From Carcharhinus longimanus (lineage: Eukaryota): a stretch of 64,000 nucleotides of DNA. Positions 35,454 to 49,160 of the stretch are shown here, piece after piece. Position 1 is the first letter of the stretch; each line of letters starts with the position of its first letter. The DNA lies in NCBI GenBank assembly GCA_030264375.1, contig JASCQW010000098.1, positions 57,155,864 to 57,219,863 on the forward strand, in the 5' to 3' direction. The notes beneath the pieces are model-generated. The model made no database searches. It worked only from the letters and a program-made list of their open reading frames with translations, and had not been told where the DNA came from. Position numbers and translations under genes: made by a program.

Positions 35454-37445
35454 ATGATGAATGTTGAAGTTGTGAAAAATTTGAGCAGAGGCAAAGTTGA
35501 TGGATTTTAGTGCGTTTTAATAAAATTTCAGAAGTTAATTTCAAATCTTAACAAGGTTAGGACAACAAAAAAGTATGAATTTAGGGAGCTGACCAAGAGA
35601 TCAATTTTAGCTGTAAAGAATTAAAGTTAACTGATCCAAACAGCCAGCAGAATGGCTTCTGGAGTGTTAGGTTCTGGAGTTCCTTCTCTAATCATCCCCC
35701 ACTTCTCTAGCTCTCCCTCCTCCTTTAAAATGTTCCTTAAAACTTGTCTCTTTGACCAAGTGTTTCTTAGCTCATCTGTCCAAATATCAAATTTTGTTTG
35801 ATCACACTCCTCTTGGGATATTATACTACATTTAAGTATGTTACAGAAAGCAAGTTGTTGTTTTGAATGACCATTGGAACCTTTCTTTTGAATTGGCACT
35901 TTGGGAGTATGGAAGGGGGAAAAAAACGAAGGGAAAAGAATGAGGAAGAGATTAAATTAAATGTCAGTGAGAAACAGAAGATGAGGATATCAAAATTGAA
36001 ATTCAAGGAGATGCTACAAGTGCTGTAGTAGTGCAAGTCAGAGGAGGAAGTAGCTGCACCAGGCAGAGGATGGGATGTCTTTGAGGCAACAGCAAATTAA
36101 ACAGCTTTGGCTTCTGCTTGAAAATAATTCATATTGATAGATGTAAAAGTCACCATTGTAACATGTTGTTTACCTTGTGGCCTTTCTACACCCCCTTATC
36201 AGGCATTTATACTTAAAATAAGGAGATTATGGATTATGCTATTAATTTACGGACGTAGTGTATTTATAATACTATGTTATATTTTGCAGTTATCTAAAAA
36301 TGACAAAAAGTCAGATGCTTGTCTTGGTAATCCATGTGGATGTACTGAATTAACTGTAATCACACCAAAAGACTCTATAAGAGATTGAATAAGAGTGTTT
36401 TGATAACCCAGGCATTGATCCTATTGACTGGTCCACTCCTGTTTAATGCGTTGTAGAGGTTTTAAATCTCTGGTTGGAACAAGACTTCTGGATGCTTTTC
36501 AATGTCTATTTACACAGGGAAATTTACCTGGAATGCATGCTCTTTGATTCAAAGCAACTTTTATCATTCATTTTATATGGAAGAGAATATGATTCATTGT
36601 GCAGCTACAAGTCAGCTCAGGGTCCAATTGAACTAATCGATTGATAGTCTTCCTCATGCATGGGAAGGTAGCTTCGAGACCCAGAATTTCTAGTCAGCAG
36701 GAAGAAACAATACTCACTACTGACCTTGAAGAAAGCTTGCCACAAATATTTAGCGATCAGTGTGTATTTAGTGTGGATTTCCCTTTTTCTGACGTTAGTG
36801 AGAATCTGGTACCAAATCCAAGGGATCTTCTGGTGTTCAGCAACAGTGAAGGGAATTTTTGTAAGCCTGCGAAGGTGGAGTCAGAGGTGAGAGGGTCAGG
36901 AAAATTAGAAAAAATGCTCTTGAGAAGGTATGTCAAAGCGTTGCTCTTTCCTCTCCACTTATCTGGAAGTGGCACAAGTATGCTGTTGGTAAATCACCCA
37001 ATGAGAAGCAAGTTGAACTTGTTGATGATTCAGCTAATAGCCATTTTGCCAGGACAATGGAATCGTGCCCACATCTTACAGGACACTGCCATGTCTGCAA
37101 TTTGTCAACTCACAGGAGGCGAGTGTACATCAGGAGGTTGGAGTGGTACGAAAGCGCTGTACAATTGCAGCATTAAATGGGAAAAGTAACAAGCCCAGAG
37201 GTCATCTGCAGGCAGCCAGGTCATCTACTTGCCATTGTAATGAAGTTGCTAGAGACTTCTTTGAGGGATAGTGCTGGGGCTGAAGAACTGGCTTTAGTCT
37301 TATACTGCCTCCGTTTCATCCCACCATTATCTCAGCAGCAACCATGCTTAATGCAACCATGGTGAAGGCTACAGTCTCCCTTTCAATAGTATATGTTGTT
37401 TTTCCTTCTTCCCCATCCCCTTGATGGACCTAATTGGATGGCAAT

Positions 37446-37786
37446 ATCATAGAAATCATAAAACCCTACAGTACAGAAAGAGGCCATTCGGCCCATCGAG
37501 TCTGTACCGACCACAATCCCACCCAGGCCCTACCTCCATATCCTACATATTTACCCACTAATCCCTCTAACCTATGCATCTCAGGACACTAAGGACAATT
37601 TTTAGCATGGCCAATCAACCTAACCCTTTGGACTGTGGGAGGAAACCGAAGCACCCGGAGTAAACCCACACAGACACGAGGAGAATGTGCAAATTCCACA
37701 CAGACAGTGACCCAAGCTGGGAATCGAACCCAAGTCCCTGGAGCTGTGAAGCAGCAGAGTTAACCACTGTGCTACTGTGCTGCCCC
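37446..37786 (-). mobile_element. HE1-type V-SINE (CR1-type tail)
   Basis: atcatagaaatcataaaaccctacagtacagaaagaggccattcggcccatcgag ... ccactgtgctactgtgctgcccc. Confidence 0.9.
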
Positions 37787-38859
37787 ATATCAAAGCCAGG
37801 TTCTTAATTGAACAAGTTCGGAAGGATTGAGCCAGAAATGTACAACTCTCAGCTCCAGGAAATAAAGCTGCCAAACATTTAAAAATATGATGGGGAAATG
37901 CATCTCAATGATTTCAGCGATTCAGATAAGCAACTAATCACACTGAAGTATTGTCACAGACAACAAAGCAGGAAGTAAAATGACTGAATTGTTCACTTTT
38001 AATGAAAAATTTCCAAGACAGCAAAATCAATTATTGAGCCATACATATGGAATTAAAAAGATAAGGATCATAATTCTCTAATGTTGTATACTCTGCCACC
38101 AGTGGCAGCAAAACTGGAGAATTTGGCACTCAGCCAAAACCCCATTCACTGCAGTGGGACTGGAGAATCCCATATACAGGTGAAATCAGAGAATTCAGGC
38201 TGAGATCTCATAATCAAACTTTAACTTTTTTAAAATGTGAATTATTTTATCAAAATGGAAAATACTGATATTCTGTAAACATAAAATTAGATATTCAGGG
38301 TCAGGGGAGTTTTTCAGAAGTAATTATGAATTTATTATGCAAATAAAATCCCAATTGAATCTCATTCAACAAACAGGAAACTTTTTCAAAGGTTTTACAG
38401 CAAAACTAATAGCATCAAAGGCCAATTTCTCATCAGTTTAATGATTTCTACTTGATTGCAGTCTGGGAGACTTTCATGAATCCTAAGGTAAAGTGTAGAA
38501 TAACTGACAGCAACACATCTACTTCCACATTTAACTGTACCTGTGCATATTCCAGAAGTTGTGGTCAGTTTCAGTGGAGCAATGAGTGTGAATGCTGATT
38601 GTTTCACTATCATTACTAACAATTGTGTCACATTAATGATGAAAAAATAATAGGAGGAAAAATGGATTAGATTAGAGGGCATGCATGAAAGCACCAATCA
38701 ATGGGTAAGAGATATGAGAGAAAGGTTGTTCCAGATGGGCGAATCTGGAGAGTCTGGGAGAGGTCAGAAGTCTTAACGGGTGAAAAAGTGGTGATTAATG
38801 ATTAAAGAAAGGGAGAAAAAAAAGCCCAAGGAGTGCATGTAATGAATAGTTTCAGAATA

Positions 38860-39132
38860 AAGGGATGTCAATTTAAGACTGAGTTGAGAAGGATTTTCTT
38901 CTCTTAAGAGGGTTGGTGAGTCATTGGAACTCCATGCCACTGAGAACTGTGTGGGCAGAGTCCTGGTATATCTAAGGCTGAGATAGATACATTTTTGATT
39001 AGTAAGAGAATTAAGGGTACAAAGAATGGCCAGGAAAGTGGATGTGAGGAGTCAACCATGATTCTATTGAATGGCAGAAGAAGCTCGAGGGACTGAAAGG
39101 CCTGCTCCTGATCCTATTTTTTATGGTCTTAC
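38860..39132 (+). mobile_element. CR1 3' end fragment
   Basis: tttaagactgagttgagaaggattttcttctct...gctgagatagat...cctgctcctgatcctattttttatggtctta. Confidence 0.8.
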
Positions 39133-40516
39133 GGAATGGAACATATATTCCAGGGTGTACGGATGGGAGAAGAGGATAATCCTGTGGAGGTATTTGGAAG
39201 CAATGACAAATATCATGAAATGAGTTTGCTGGGGCATGGCCAGTTAGTGGAAGGTAGAGGCGATGGGGATCCTGCAGATTAGGAAGCAGTCGTATGAATA
39301 TGTTGAAAGCTCTGGAGGTTGGAGAGGGATATGGGGAGTGAAGATTTTAAATGGTTGATTGAGCATTAGTTCTGGAATTTGCTGCCCAGTTTAAAAATCA
39401 GTTCATAAAAGAACTGCAGTCTGTGCCGTTAAGTGCAAAACTTCTTATTTGATAACTAATTTTCATTGGATTAAATTCATCCCCCCCCAATCCCCCCCGC
39501 CACCCCGCTGCCTTCTTTATATTATGTAATTCTTAACATGTTATGTGTAAACTGCATCTGTAAAGCTTCAAATAAAGCTTTAAAGTATGATCCATTGTGA
39601 AAAACCAAACTGTTTTCTTGAAGACCATTTATTTGCCCAACTCTTATTGAAACATTTATGTCAATCCAGAAAAGCTAAGCATCAACACATTAATCAAAAA
39701 TCACTACAAACTTCATTGGAAGGCAGAGGTATATTAAAAGGGTATCTTGTGTGATATTGTTTCTGGTTACTTAAAAAAAGATGAATCTAATAACAAAAGT
39801 TTGGTCATTTTGCTGATTATAACTGACAGCACGAAACAGCAGAGCAAAAGACTGAGTTGAATGTTACCATTAAGTGAGTTATAGATGTGCTCACTTTGTT
39901 CTGAATCACACAATAAGACTACAGAGAGAATTCTTTAGCCGAGGATACGAAACGTCAAGGCAAATGTTGGCCTGAGTGGCAGATAGTTAGCCTCCCAAGA
40001 GCTCTATATTAAAAAGGCAGTCATAGCAGTTAAATGTTGTTATAGGTAGACCGTAATGTGATCCAAAATCAATAACCTTCAGATAGCAAGCCACAGGATT
40101 ATTCATGAGATTAGCAGAGCTAAATTTAGGGGAAATAAAATGTAATTTCACCAATCTGTAACCGGTAGCATTCAAACCTCATTATCTGGGTATGTCCATT
40201 TTTCGGAACAATTTGCCTCAGATTTTGGAAACTCTCAATTTGCAGATTACTTTTAAAAATGCTTTTGAAGTGATATGTGAAAGTGAGATAGACTAGCCCA
40301 GTTTCTAAGATCATTACATAGATCCGGATAGTAAATACTGCATTTGGTTTTTTGCCTCTGCACATTATGATTTTGCTTTCCCCCCTCTTTCTCCACTTTC
40401 TTCTCTACTGCTCTAAACTTTGATTAATCTTGCGTAGTTTGCTTCTTCCGATAGCGATGCAGCAAATTTCTCGTTGTTGAACAATTAAGTACAAATCTTT
40501 TGCTATATTTTCACAG

Positions 40517-40731
40517 GAAAAACAGATAATTTAATCCCAGAAGATAGCTATATAGATTCAGGAGAAATTGATGTTGGCCGGAGAGTCACCCAGAAGATAC
40601 CACCTGGCTTATTCTGGCGAACTCAAGTGTTCATAGATCACCCGATGTATTTGAAATTCAACGTGTCATTGGGAAAGGATGCTCTTGTTGGGATTTATGG
40701 TCGACGTGGTATTCCACCATCTCATACCCAG
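40517..40731 (+). CDS. TENM4: Teneurin-4 exon: N-terminal half of the extracellular Ig-like domain
   Basis: tcacag|GAAAA acceptor, CCCAG|gtaagc donor. Translates (G)[71 protein letters not shown]. Confidence 0.97.
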
Positions 40732-40991
40732 GTAAGCACGATTGCACAGGAACTCAATCTTTTGAGTAAAGGAACACAATTTTGTATTTTGAATGTGAAA
40801 CCTGATTTCTCTTAGGTGGGTGCCTCGATCTTCCATTTTTTTCTAAGTGTAACCATCAGCAAACTATCTTCTAGTTTTAAGAACTTGCAACAGTGGCATT
40901 TGGAGCAGCGAGCCTGTTTCACTTCCCATGATAATGTTATCATTGATAGGGATAAGAACAATATTAAGGTAGTATCCACCTTTATCACCTA

Positions 40992-41527
40992 AATTTTGTG
41001 CCCCATATCTAAGGAAGGATGTACTGGCCTTGGAGAGGGTCCAGAGCAGTTTCATGAGAATGATCCCAGGAATGAAAGGCTTTTGGCGTATGTGGAGCAT
41101 TTGAGGATTCTGGAGCTGTACTCAATGGAGTTTAAAAGAATGAAGGGGATCTCATTGAAACTGTCTGAATATTGAAAGGCCTGGGTAGAGTGGATGTGGA
41201 GAAGATATTTGCATTAGGAGACGAGGCTAGGATCAGAGAGCACAGCCTCAGAATAAAGGGACAAGCCTTTAGAACCTAGATGAGGAGCAATTTCTTCAGC
41301 CAGAGGCTGGCGAATCTATGGAATTCATTCTTACAGAAAGCTGTGGAGTCCACTTCATTGAGTGTATTTAAGACAGAGATAGATCAGATTTTGGTAGGTA
41401 AAGGAATCACAGGTTATGATATAAAGGCAGGAGAGTGGGAATTGAGAAACATGTCAGCCACAATCAAATGATGGAGCAGACTCAATGGACCAAATGGCCT
41501 AATTCTGCTCCTATATCTTATGGTCTA
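40992..41527 (+). mobile_element. CR1 LINE 3' fragment
   Basis: Reads APYLRKDVLALERVQSSFMRMIPGMKG... and MRSNFFSQRLANLWNSFLQKAVES; ends cctatatcttatggtct. Confidence 0.92.
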
Positions 41528-43229
41528 TCTCAGTTAATATATTAAAAGCTCAAAAATTGCAACATTAAAAAGCCATCAGGACCATTCTGTTCAATGTCCT
41601 CATCCCAACAAGAAGTCACCCAAATTATTAGGTCTAAGGTCAAGTGCTAAGATCCTGAACTTCCAGCATAGAAGTCAATATAATATCACCTAATATCATT
41701 TAAATTATTCTTAAAAATGGCTGAAAGCTTTTAACTTACCATTGTATTGTGATGAAAACTGCTTTTCAATAGGCTTTAGTCTTGTGTTTCCCTTTAATGT
41801 ATAAGGAATCCATATGACCAATTTGAAAAGTTACTCCAATACACTAATGTTTATGAATCAGAAAAGTTCTCTGGGTCCAAACAGGTCATTGACCTTTTCA
41901 GAGATCAACCTCAGAGCCCTGCTTATTCTGCAAATTTTCCCCAGAAATTTATCCCATGCTTCTTGAACACATTCTTGCTGTTTTCTTCACAAGTCTTGCC
42001 TTGTAATTTATTCTGCAAGAAAAACCTTCCTCAAAACTTTAGTGCGAGTGAGATATGCAGCTTTATAACATTTCCATATTTAAATCTCTTTTAAATTAGT
42101 CAATTATATCCTGTTCAAATGCAAATTGCAATGAGAAATTCAAGATTTAAATTCCAATTTAATACCATTTCTTACATGCAGAAAACAATTTGGTTTTAAT
42201 CCTCTTACATCAACTGCACTCAGACCAAGTACAGAAAACAGCAACTGAAGGAACCTGGAGCAAAAGAAATGTTGCCTCAAAAGTTTGGCTTTTGTGGTCA
42301 AGTGAAAGTATATTGAGAAATTATAGAGAGCACCAGAGACTTCCTGTGCACACTAGGGTAGCAAAATCATTTATCATGGCCAAATAAGAGATTTCTCACA
42401 ATTTAAAGAATGGTTCAGTAATCAGGTTCAGCAATTCATGATAAACTCTGAATTTAAACTTGCTTTGTTCAATGTAACGGCATTGTCTGAGTGATAGAAG
42501 GAAGATGCATAGGTTAGTGACTGCAATGCTGAATTGAACTCTAAACCACAAATCAGTGATTTAAGTTTGGATTGATTTACTTCAACCCCTCAAAATACCA
42601 ATTTTGTGTGTTGAAATCTATGGCCCAGAGCTTTCGATCACTATGGGGAGGGGGCAACCTACCTGGGAGTACCCAAGAGAATTGGCTGGAGGATCTTTGG
42701 ACGCGCCCAGAAAATACTGCATGGCAATTGCCCAGGAAGTTCAATCTGGGAAATTACCCTGCACTGAGAACCATCTGATATGCCGATTTAAATTGGAGGT
42801 TTCAGATGGTTATGAATCTCTTAGCAGAATCGTTATCCAGGAAAAGTTAGAAAGATTAAAACCATCTCTAATTCCTGGGTAACGATATTACTGACCCACT
42901 CCCAACTCCCGAATACGCTCCCAACTGCTGACTATCCCCTCACACCTGACCCATTCTAACCCTCCCTGAGCCACCCTCTCCCCAACTCCTCGAGCCACCC
43001 TATGCCTTCTGGTCCACCTGACACCCCCAATCCATCTTCCATGCCTCTACCTCATCCTACGTTGTCCCGACCCCATCCTTTGTGTTGACACATCCTGCAT
43101 CCCATCGACTTTTCCTACTGCCTCCTCCAACCCATCCCACCCACTTCCCTAACACACTTACCCCAACTTCTCAATGTGGCAGTGAACTTAAATGCAAGTG
43201 ATTTGGGGCTGCTAATCCCATAAAAAGTA

Positions 43230-43905
43230 GGTGTGAGATTCTCCCAAAAAAATTCTAAATCTAAATCAGCAGTTTAGAAATGAATCTCCTACATCCGTAC
43301 ACTGCTGAGTCCACTGGCATAAATCACATTAAAATTCAATGGATGGGGCTATTCCTGCTGGAGAGGCCAGCAACACAGCACGCAGTGGGCTACTGCGCAT
43401 GCGCCAATTTGTCAGCATGCGCTATAGTCCCACACTGCTAGCCTCCCAATTGCAGCCTAGCTTGATCGCTGGCCAGCCCCGCGATCTCGCAACACCAGCC
43501 ATGTAACCCCTCCACCCCTACCCACAGCCCAATTGCTGGCCTTCAAACATGCCCAGGCCAGCCTCAACTCCCTGCCCCCACTGGCAGTCCTGATCTCTTC
43601 CACTCCCACCCTCACCCCTTCCTCCCATCAGCAGTCCCAAACCCTCACGCACACCCCACCCAGTGCCGACCCCTGCCAAATGGGCTGCTGCATTCCCCAC
43701 CATCCCCCTCTCCCAATGGCCAGGCTCAATCACTGGCCTCCTTCCCCCACCGATCCCGACTGCAGAGTGGCAATGGGGCCCTGCCCCCTTGGCACTGCCC
43801 TAGGCCCAGGCATTCAGTGGGGAACCTGCAAAATGACCCCTGCAAGAGTCTCTTGGTCCACCACTAAAAAAGCAGTGCAGTGGAATGGGAGAATTGCCCC
43901 CGTGG
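43230..43905. mobile_element. GC-rich non-autonomous DNA transposon (Harbinger-like)
   Basis: gagattctccc ... gggagaattgcccc termini; internal homology to 10490-11146. Confidence 0.6.
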
Positions 43906-44139
43906 TGTGGCTTTAATCCCCCTCCCTCCCACCTGACATTGCTGCACTGCACAGAAGGGTCCCAGGAGCTATTACGCTCCACATTTCTTTCCAGTCCAAA
44001 TTGGAGGTTGGGTGAGAAATATACAGCTCCCAACTAAGGTAAGTTAAAAAAGGAATGATGTGGCAATCTGACTAAAATTGCCAAGCACCAGATGTTAGGC
44101 TTGAGCTTTTGGACATGATGTACTATAATCGTGAAGTAT

Positions 44140-44440
44140 GGAGGCCTTGTAGTACAGTGGATAGTGTGCCTGCCCCTGAACCAGAAGCTTTGGGTTCAAA
44201 TCCTACTCCAGGTCTTGATGGTGAGGGAAGGTGTGTTTATAGCATGGCCAAACAGGTTAAGTATCAACTTGTCAATCCTTCTAACGTACACCAGTGGCAT
44301 GCAATGAGAGGGGGAGAGATTCCTGGTCAACCATGTGATGGAAAGAAATTGGAGCTTCTACCATCAATATCCATAGCCCCAGACTACAACATGAATGGTA
44401 AAATGTATGTTGCTGCAGCAGATCAGACTCCTTGGGGAGG
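44140..44440 (+). mobile_element. Third tRNA-derived SINE
   Basis: A-box-like tagtacagtggatag and B-box gggttcaaatcct with tRNA-like spacing, followed by an unrelated body. Confidence 0.5.
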
Positions 44441-45441
44441 ATGTTTTCCTCATTTGGCTGGACAGGCACTGGGGTTCAATCCCCATTCTGGCTGGATTGG
44501 ATTTGGGCCTCCTTGCCCTCCCCATGTTGGAGGTTGTGGTGCTGTGAATCAGACTTGTTTTCAGGCAGAGAACTGAAGAAATATCATGGAATGGAAAAAA
44601 AATCAGGCCACATGAATTTCAGAACTTTGTCTTATTGTGAGCAACAAGGCAAAAATATCACTCAAATGGCCTGGGTTTTTTTCTCAACTGCAAATTGGTC
44701 TCTCAGCACAATTCTGCTGCAAATGGCATAACCAGCACAAAAGATCATGGAGTATTCAGCACAACATAAATTTCCACAATCTCTTGTGCTGGTTTTAAAA
44801 GCATCAAGCTGGAAGTAAGCCCCACCCACAAAATTGGTCAAATCCCAGAGTGAACTTGTCATCATTGGGAGTTTCCACATTCTGCATTCATATACAGGCC
44901 TTCAGGGAGACTTTAAAAATTAAGCTGCTTCCTGAGGATGCGAGGACACGAAAAGATTCATTTTCATAGAATCCCACCTCCATTTACTATTCCATATTGC
45001 ACCAAGATGGCTTCCTGTCACTTTGGCTTTGTTTTCAAAGTGTCAACCACACTGATACAAAGTAGTTTTTTTTACATCAGAAAAACATCATTGAGTTGAA
45101 TTCAACTGCAGACTTTTCATGTTGCAGTTTGAAGAAGTACCAGAATCATTAAAGCAAAACTGGAGCTGCCACAAGGAGAGGTTGAGTGCAATGATAGATG
45201 GTTTTAAAACTAAACAAGACTTTCAGAGGCAAAGGAATAGCCTGATTCAGAACATCAAACATTGCCTAAACAGAGTCAGCCATTGTCGGCTCTTGCCTAG
45301 TGGGCCCACGGGATTAGGATTATGTGCAGTATTTCTACAAAAGTTGATTCTATAGGGCAGGTGACATGTTGAGATTGATATGTACTGCGGCTAAAATGCA
45401 GCAATTACAGCAGTATGCTTTCTCATTTTTTGTTCTGATAG

Positions 45442-45652
45442 TTTGGCTTTGTCGAGTTATTAGATGGCAGACGCCTGCTAGCACAGGAAGTGAGAAGTCT
45501 GGAGGGATTCCACCACCAGCACAGAAGCTTGATCCCTCTGACAAATCGTGAGACAGGATTCATTCGATATCTGGATTCGGGAATCTGGCATTTAGCCTTC
45601 TACAATGATGGAAAACAGATGGAGCTGGTCTCCTTTATAACCACTGCCATAG
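45442..45652 (+). CDS. TENM4: Teneurin-4 exon: C-terminal half of the Ig-like domain
   Basis: ctgatag|TTTGGC acceptor after a pyrimidine tract, ATAG|gtaagc donor. Translates [70 protein letters not shown]. Confidence 0.96.
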
Positions 45653-46034
45653 GTAAGCTCTTGTTAGACCATAATGAAAAGATATTTTAAAAGACTGTAA
45701 GATGTGCCATCACAGATATACTGTGAAAGAGATGGGCTGTTAATTGCTCTGCAACTACCTAAAATATGACAGTTTCATAGCTCCAGTAGGTTCAAAATAC
45801 ATTATCCTCTGACCTATATTGTCTTAATTTTCTTAACTGCTCAAACTTTCCACCCTTCTATGTTATACTTATTTATGTATTGATCTCCTTTAATCATCAT
45901 CTGCCAGCTTGTGCAAGTTTTAGTTGAGAAATGAATAGAGAGAGACTCATTACTCTTTAAAGAATGAAGGTAATGTATTTTTAAAATGGAAATGTGCGGC
46001 TTCATTAACTGTTCTATTTAAACCACTGTATTAA

Positions 46035-47160
46035 TCACAGAATAGCAGAATGGTAACAATGCAAAAGAGGACATTCAGCCCATTGTGTGTGTGTGTTGGC
46101 TATTCAAAGGAACAATTCCATTAGTGCCATTCTTACTTTGTGTCCAGAGACCTGCACAGTCTTCCCTTTTCAACAATAATCCAATTCTCCCTCAAGTGTC
46201 TCAGTTGAACCTGCCTCCATTCAACTCTCAGGCAGTACACTCCAGATTATAACCGCTTGCTGTGTAAAAAACCTTTTACTCGTGTCCCCATTACTTCTTT
46301 TGTCATTCATCTTAAATTCTGCCCTCTCGTTCTCAACCTTTCCACCAATGGGACCAGATTTTCCCTCTCTACTGTGCCCAGACCCCTTGTGATTTTAAAT
46401 GCCTCTACCAAATCTCCTGTCAACCTTTCTTTCACCAAGAAAAATAGTCTGAATGGCTCCAATCTATCTACGTAATTGAAATTCTTCATCCCTGGGCCCA
46501 TTTTTGTGGCAGCCAGGACTGAACACTAAACTCTTCTTTACTATTCTTTACTATTTTAATATTAATTCTTTGATTTTGTACCCGATACCCTTTATTAATA
46601 AAGTCTAGGATGTTGTATGCTTTATTAACTACTCTCTCAACCTGTCCTGCCGCCTTCAATGATTTATATATTCCACAGTTGTGCCCTTTAGTTTATATTG
46701 TCTCTCCACATTTTTCATACCAAAATGAATCACTTCCAACTTCTTTCCATTAAATTTCAACTGCCACTTTTCCGCCTATTATCTGTGTCCTTTTCAAGTT
46801 CTACACTATCCCCCTCGGAGTTCACAATACTTCCAAGTTTTGCATTGTCTGTATATTCTGAATTTATATCCTATGCGCCAAAGTTAAATCATTAATGTAT
46901 ATCAGGAACAGAAGGACCCTAACACCAACCCTCGGAGAATTCCACAATAAACCTGCTTCCAGTCCAAAAAACATCCATCAACTGCTGCTTACTGTTTCCT
47001 TTCAGTCAGCCAATTTTATACTCGTGTTGCTGCTGTCCTTTTGCTCCATGGGCTATAGCTTTGCTCACAAGTCTATCGGATGGCATTTAATGAATGTCTT
47101 CTGCAACTCTGCGTACAACACATCAACAGCATTATCCTCATCAACCCTCTCTGTCATAAC
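46035..47160 (-). mobile_element. Old CR1 LINE 3' portion
   Basis: Minus-strand ORFs read VDEDNAVDVLYAELQKTFIKCHP (RT) and MKNFNYVDRLEPFRLFFLVKERLTGDLVEAFKITRG. Confidence 0.88.
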
Positions 47161-48845
47161 TTTCTTGCAACAAAAATAATCCTCATACATCTTATGATCT
47201 ACCAAACAATACTTTTGCATAAAAAGTTGAAGCCAATTAGAGGACGAAAATAAAAATGTTCTGAACACGAATCCTAGATTTGTCCTCAACATGTTAAATG
47301 ATGATTTATATGTTGGAATTCTATCGCCCCGCCCTCCACAGAATCTGAGCGGGCAAGGGGCAGACAACGGAAGTGTCCTTTGACCCCAGGCTGGAATTTC
47401 CATTCTCGCTCAAGCTCGCCTATCAAATCCCACCCATAATGCTTCATTAAAAATACTTTTGCTTTGCAAATGTTTGAGCTGTGGCAAGATTTTTTAAAAT
47501 TGCATTTCTTTCCCCCTTGTCATTAATCAATATTACTAAAATTACAAAATTGAAACATACAGAACTGGAAAGTCTTGATGAGTGAGAGTTTATTTGCCTC
47601 ATCTTTCGCACCTCCTCACCCCTCCCCCACTCTGCCAGATGAGCTAGCTGTGTTCTTCAATGCTACCTTCCCTAAGTTACACCTTGGAAAATGAGAATAA
47701 CTGATACCTTTAATCATTAGAAATAATTCAAACCATTCACATTTGTGAGAAGCATTTTTATATTTTACAGCTACCATTCATAGGATTTCATAAAATCACG
47801 CCATTCGTTTCAAATAGTCCATGCTAGGGATTATGTTCCATATGAGTCCATGCTCATCTTTTTGCATCTAAATCTACCATTGTAAGCATCTATTCTTTTC
47901 TCCTTCAAATGCTGGTCTAGTTTCCCCTTAAATGCACACACAGTATCCCACATTCTTATCACTCGTTGGGTGAAAAAATGTCTTCTGAATTCCCTATTGG
48001 GATTCAGGATGTTAAAAAAACATAAAATCGTTACTGCAATAAATGTAATGTTTCACATAATGGGCTGCTATTTTAACTTGGCATACTAAGTTCCAATTGG
48101 GTATCAAATCCAAAAATACCCCAAATCAGCCATCATGCAAAATAAAATGTTGTGTATTTATGTATTAGGGCAGATAGGGGAGGCTATAAATGCCTAACTA
48201 ATAATTAGCTTCAAATATTAAGCAGGTTTTGGCTGGCGTTACAATTTTGAATATGTTGAATTCTGTATTTGTCTTGCATTTGATTTATGTTTAAGCTGTG
48301 TTCCTTCTTAAGTTTTATTAAACTGAAAAAAGTGACTTGGGTTGACAAATAGAACACTGTCAAAATCTAGAAGGTTCCGTAAACATTTTGAAATGAATAA
48401 CCTCCAGTTGAATTGGGCCTTTACCTGGAGCAAGCTGCCCTGTTTGGATCCCAGGCCACTGCCAAATGTTTTTGAATGTTTTGTTTATTACTTGTAGGCA
48501 GTGCTTTCTTCCAAAACCCTTTCTAGTGGATTTTGCCTATTTTTTTTAAAAGCAGAATTACATCTAACAAGTCTGCCCTAGTTGTATTACTTACCACCCT
48601 TGGTATATCCCTCAATCCACTTTCCTGATGCATATTATGTTATTTGTTTGAGTTGTATTTGCATATGACGTCTTCTACAAGTCCATTCCTATTTTTATAA
48701 AGGAAGAATGCAATCCTCTCCTTAAAACAAATTCTTTAAATACATCCTCTTGAAATGTTTTCTTCAAAGAAAATGAATTCAGCTTTATTAACATTCCAAG
48801 ATAACATAAATTTCTGATATCCAAAATTAAGCTTTTAGATCATTT

Positions 48846-49160
48846 GGGTGGCATGGTGGCACAGTGATTAGCACTGCTGCCTCACAGTGCCAGGGACCCA
48901 GGTTCAATTCTGGCCTTGGATCACTGTCTGCGCGGAGTCTGCAGGTTGTACCATGTCTGCATGGGTTTTCGCTGGGTGCTCCGGTTTCCTCCCCTGGTCC
49001 AAAGATGTGTAGGTTAGATTGATTGGCCATGCTAAATTGCCCCTTGTCAGGGAGATTAGCAGGGTAAATACATGGGGTTACAGGGATAGGGCCTGGGTGG
49101 GACTGTTGTTGATGCAGGCTTGATGGGCCGAATAGCTTCCTTCTGCACTGTAGGGATTTC
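48846..49160 (+). mobile_element. HE1-type V-SINE (CR1-type tail)
   Basis: gggtggcatggtggcacagtgattagcactgc ... ttctgcactgtagggattt. Confidence 0.9.

Noticed and set aside
36641-37189. Longest ORF in the track (182 aa)
   Set aside because: Non-ATG start, no recognisable domain, and no place for it in the in-frame TENM4 exon chain; probably chance or very old TE sequence.
42890-43180. C-rich tracts (also 25920-26125, 39480-39510, 53405-53440) as G-quadruplex or regulatory elements
   Set aside because: Most lie inside transposon relics or are simple low-complexity runs; no independent evidence of function.
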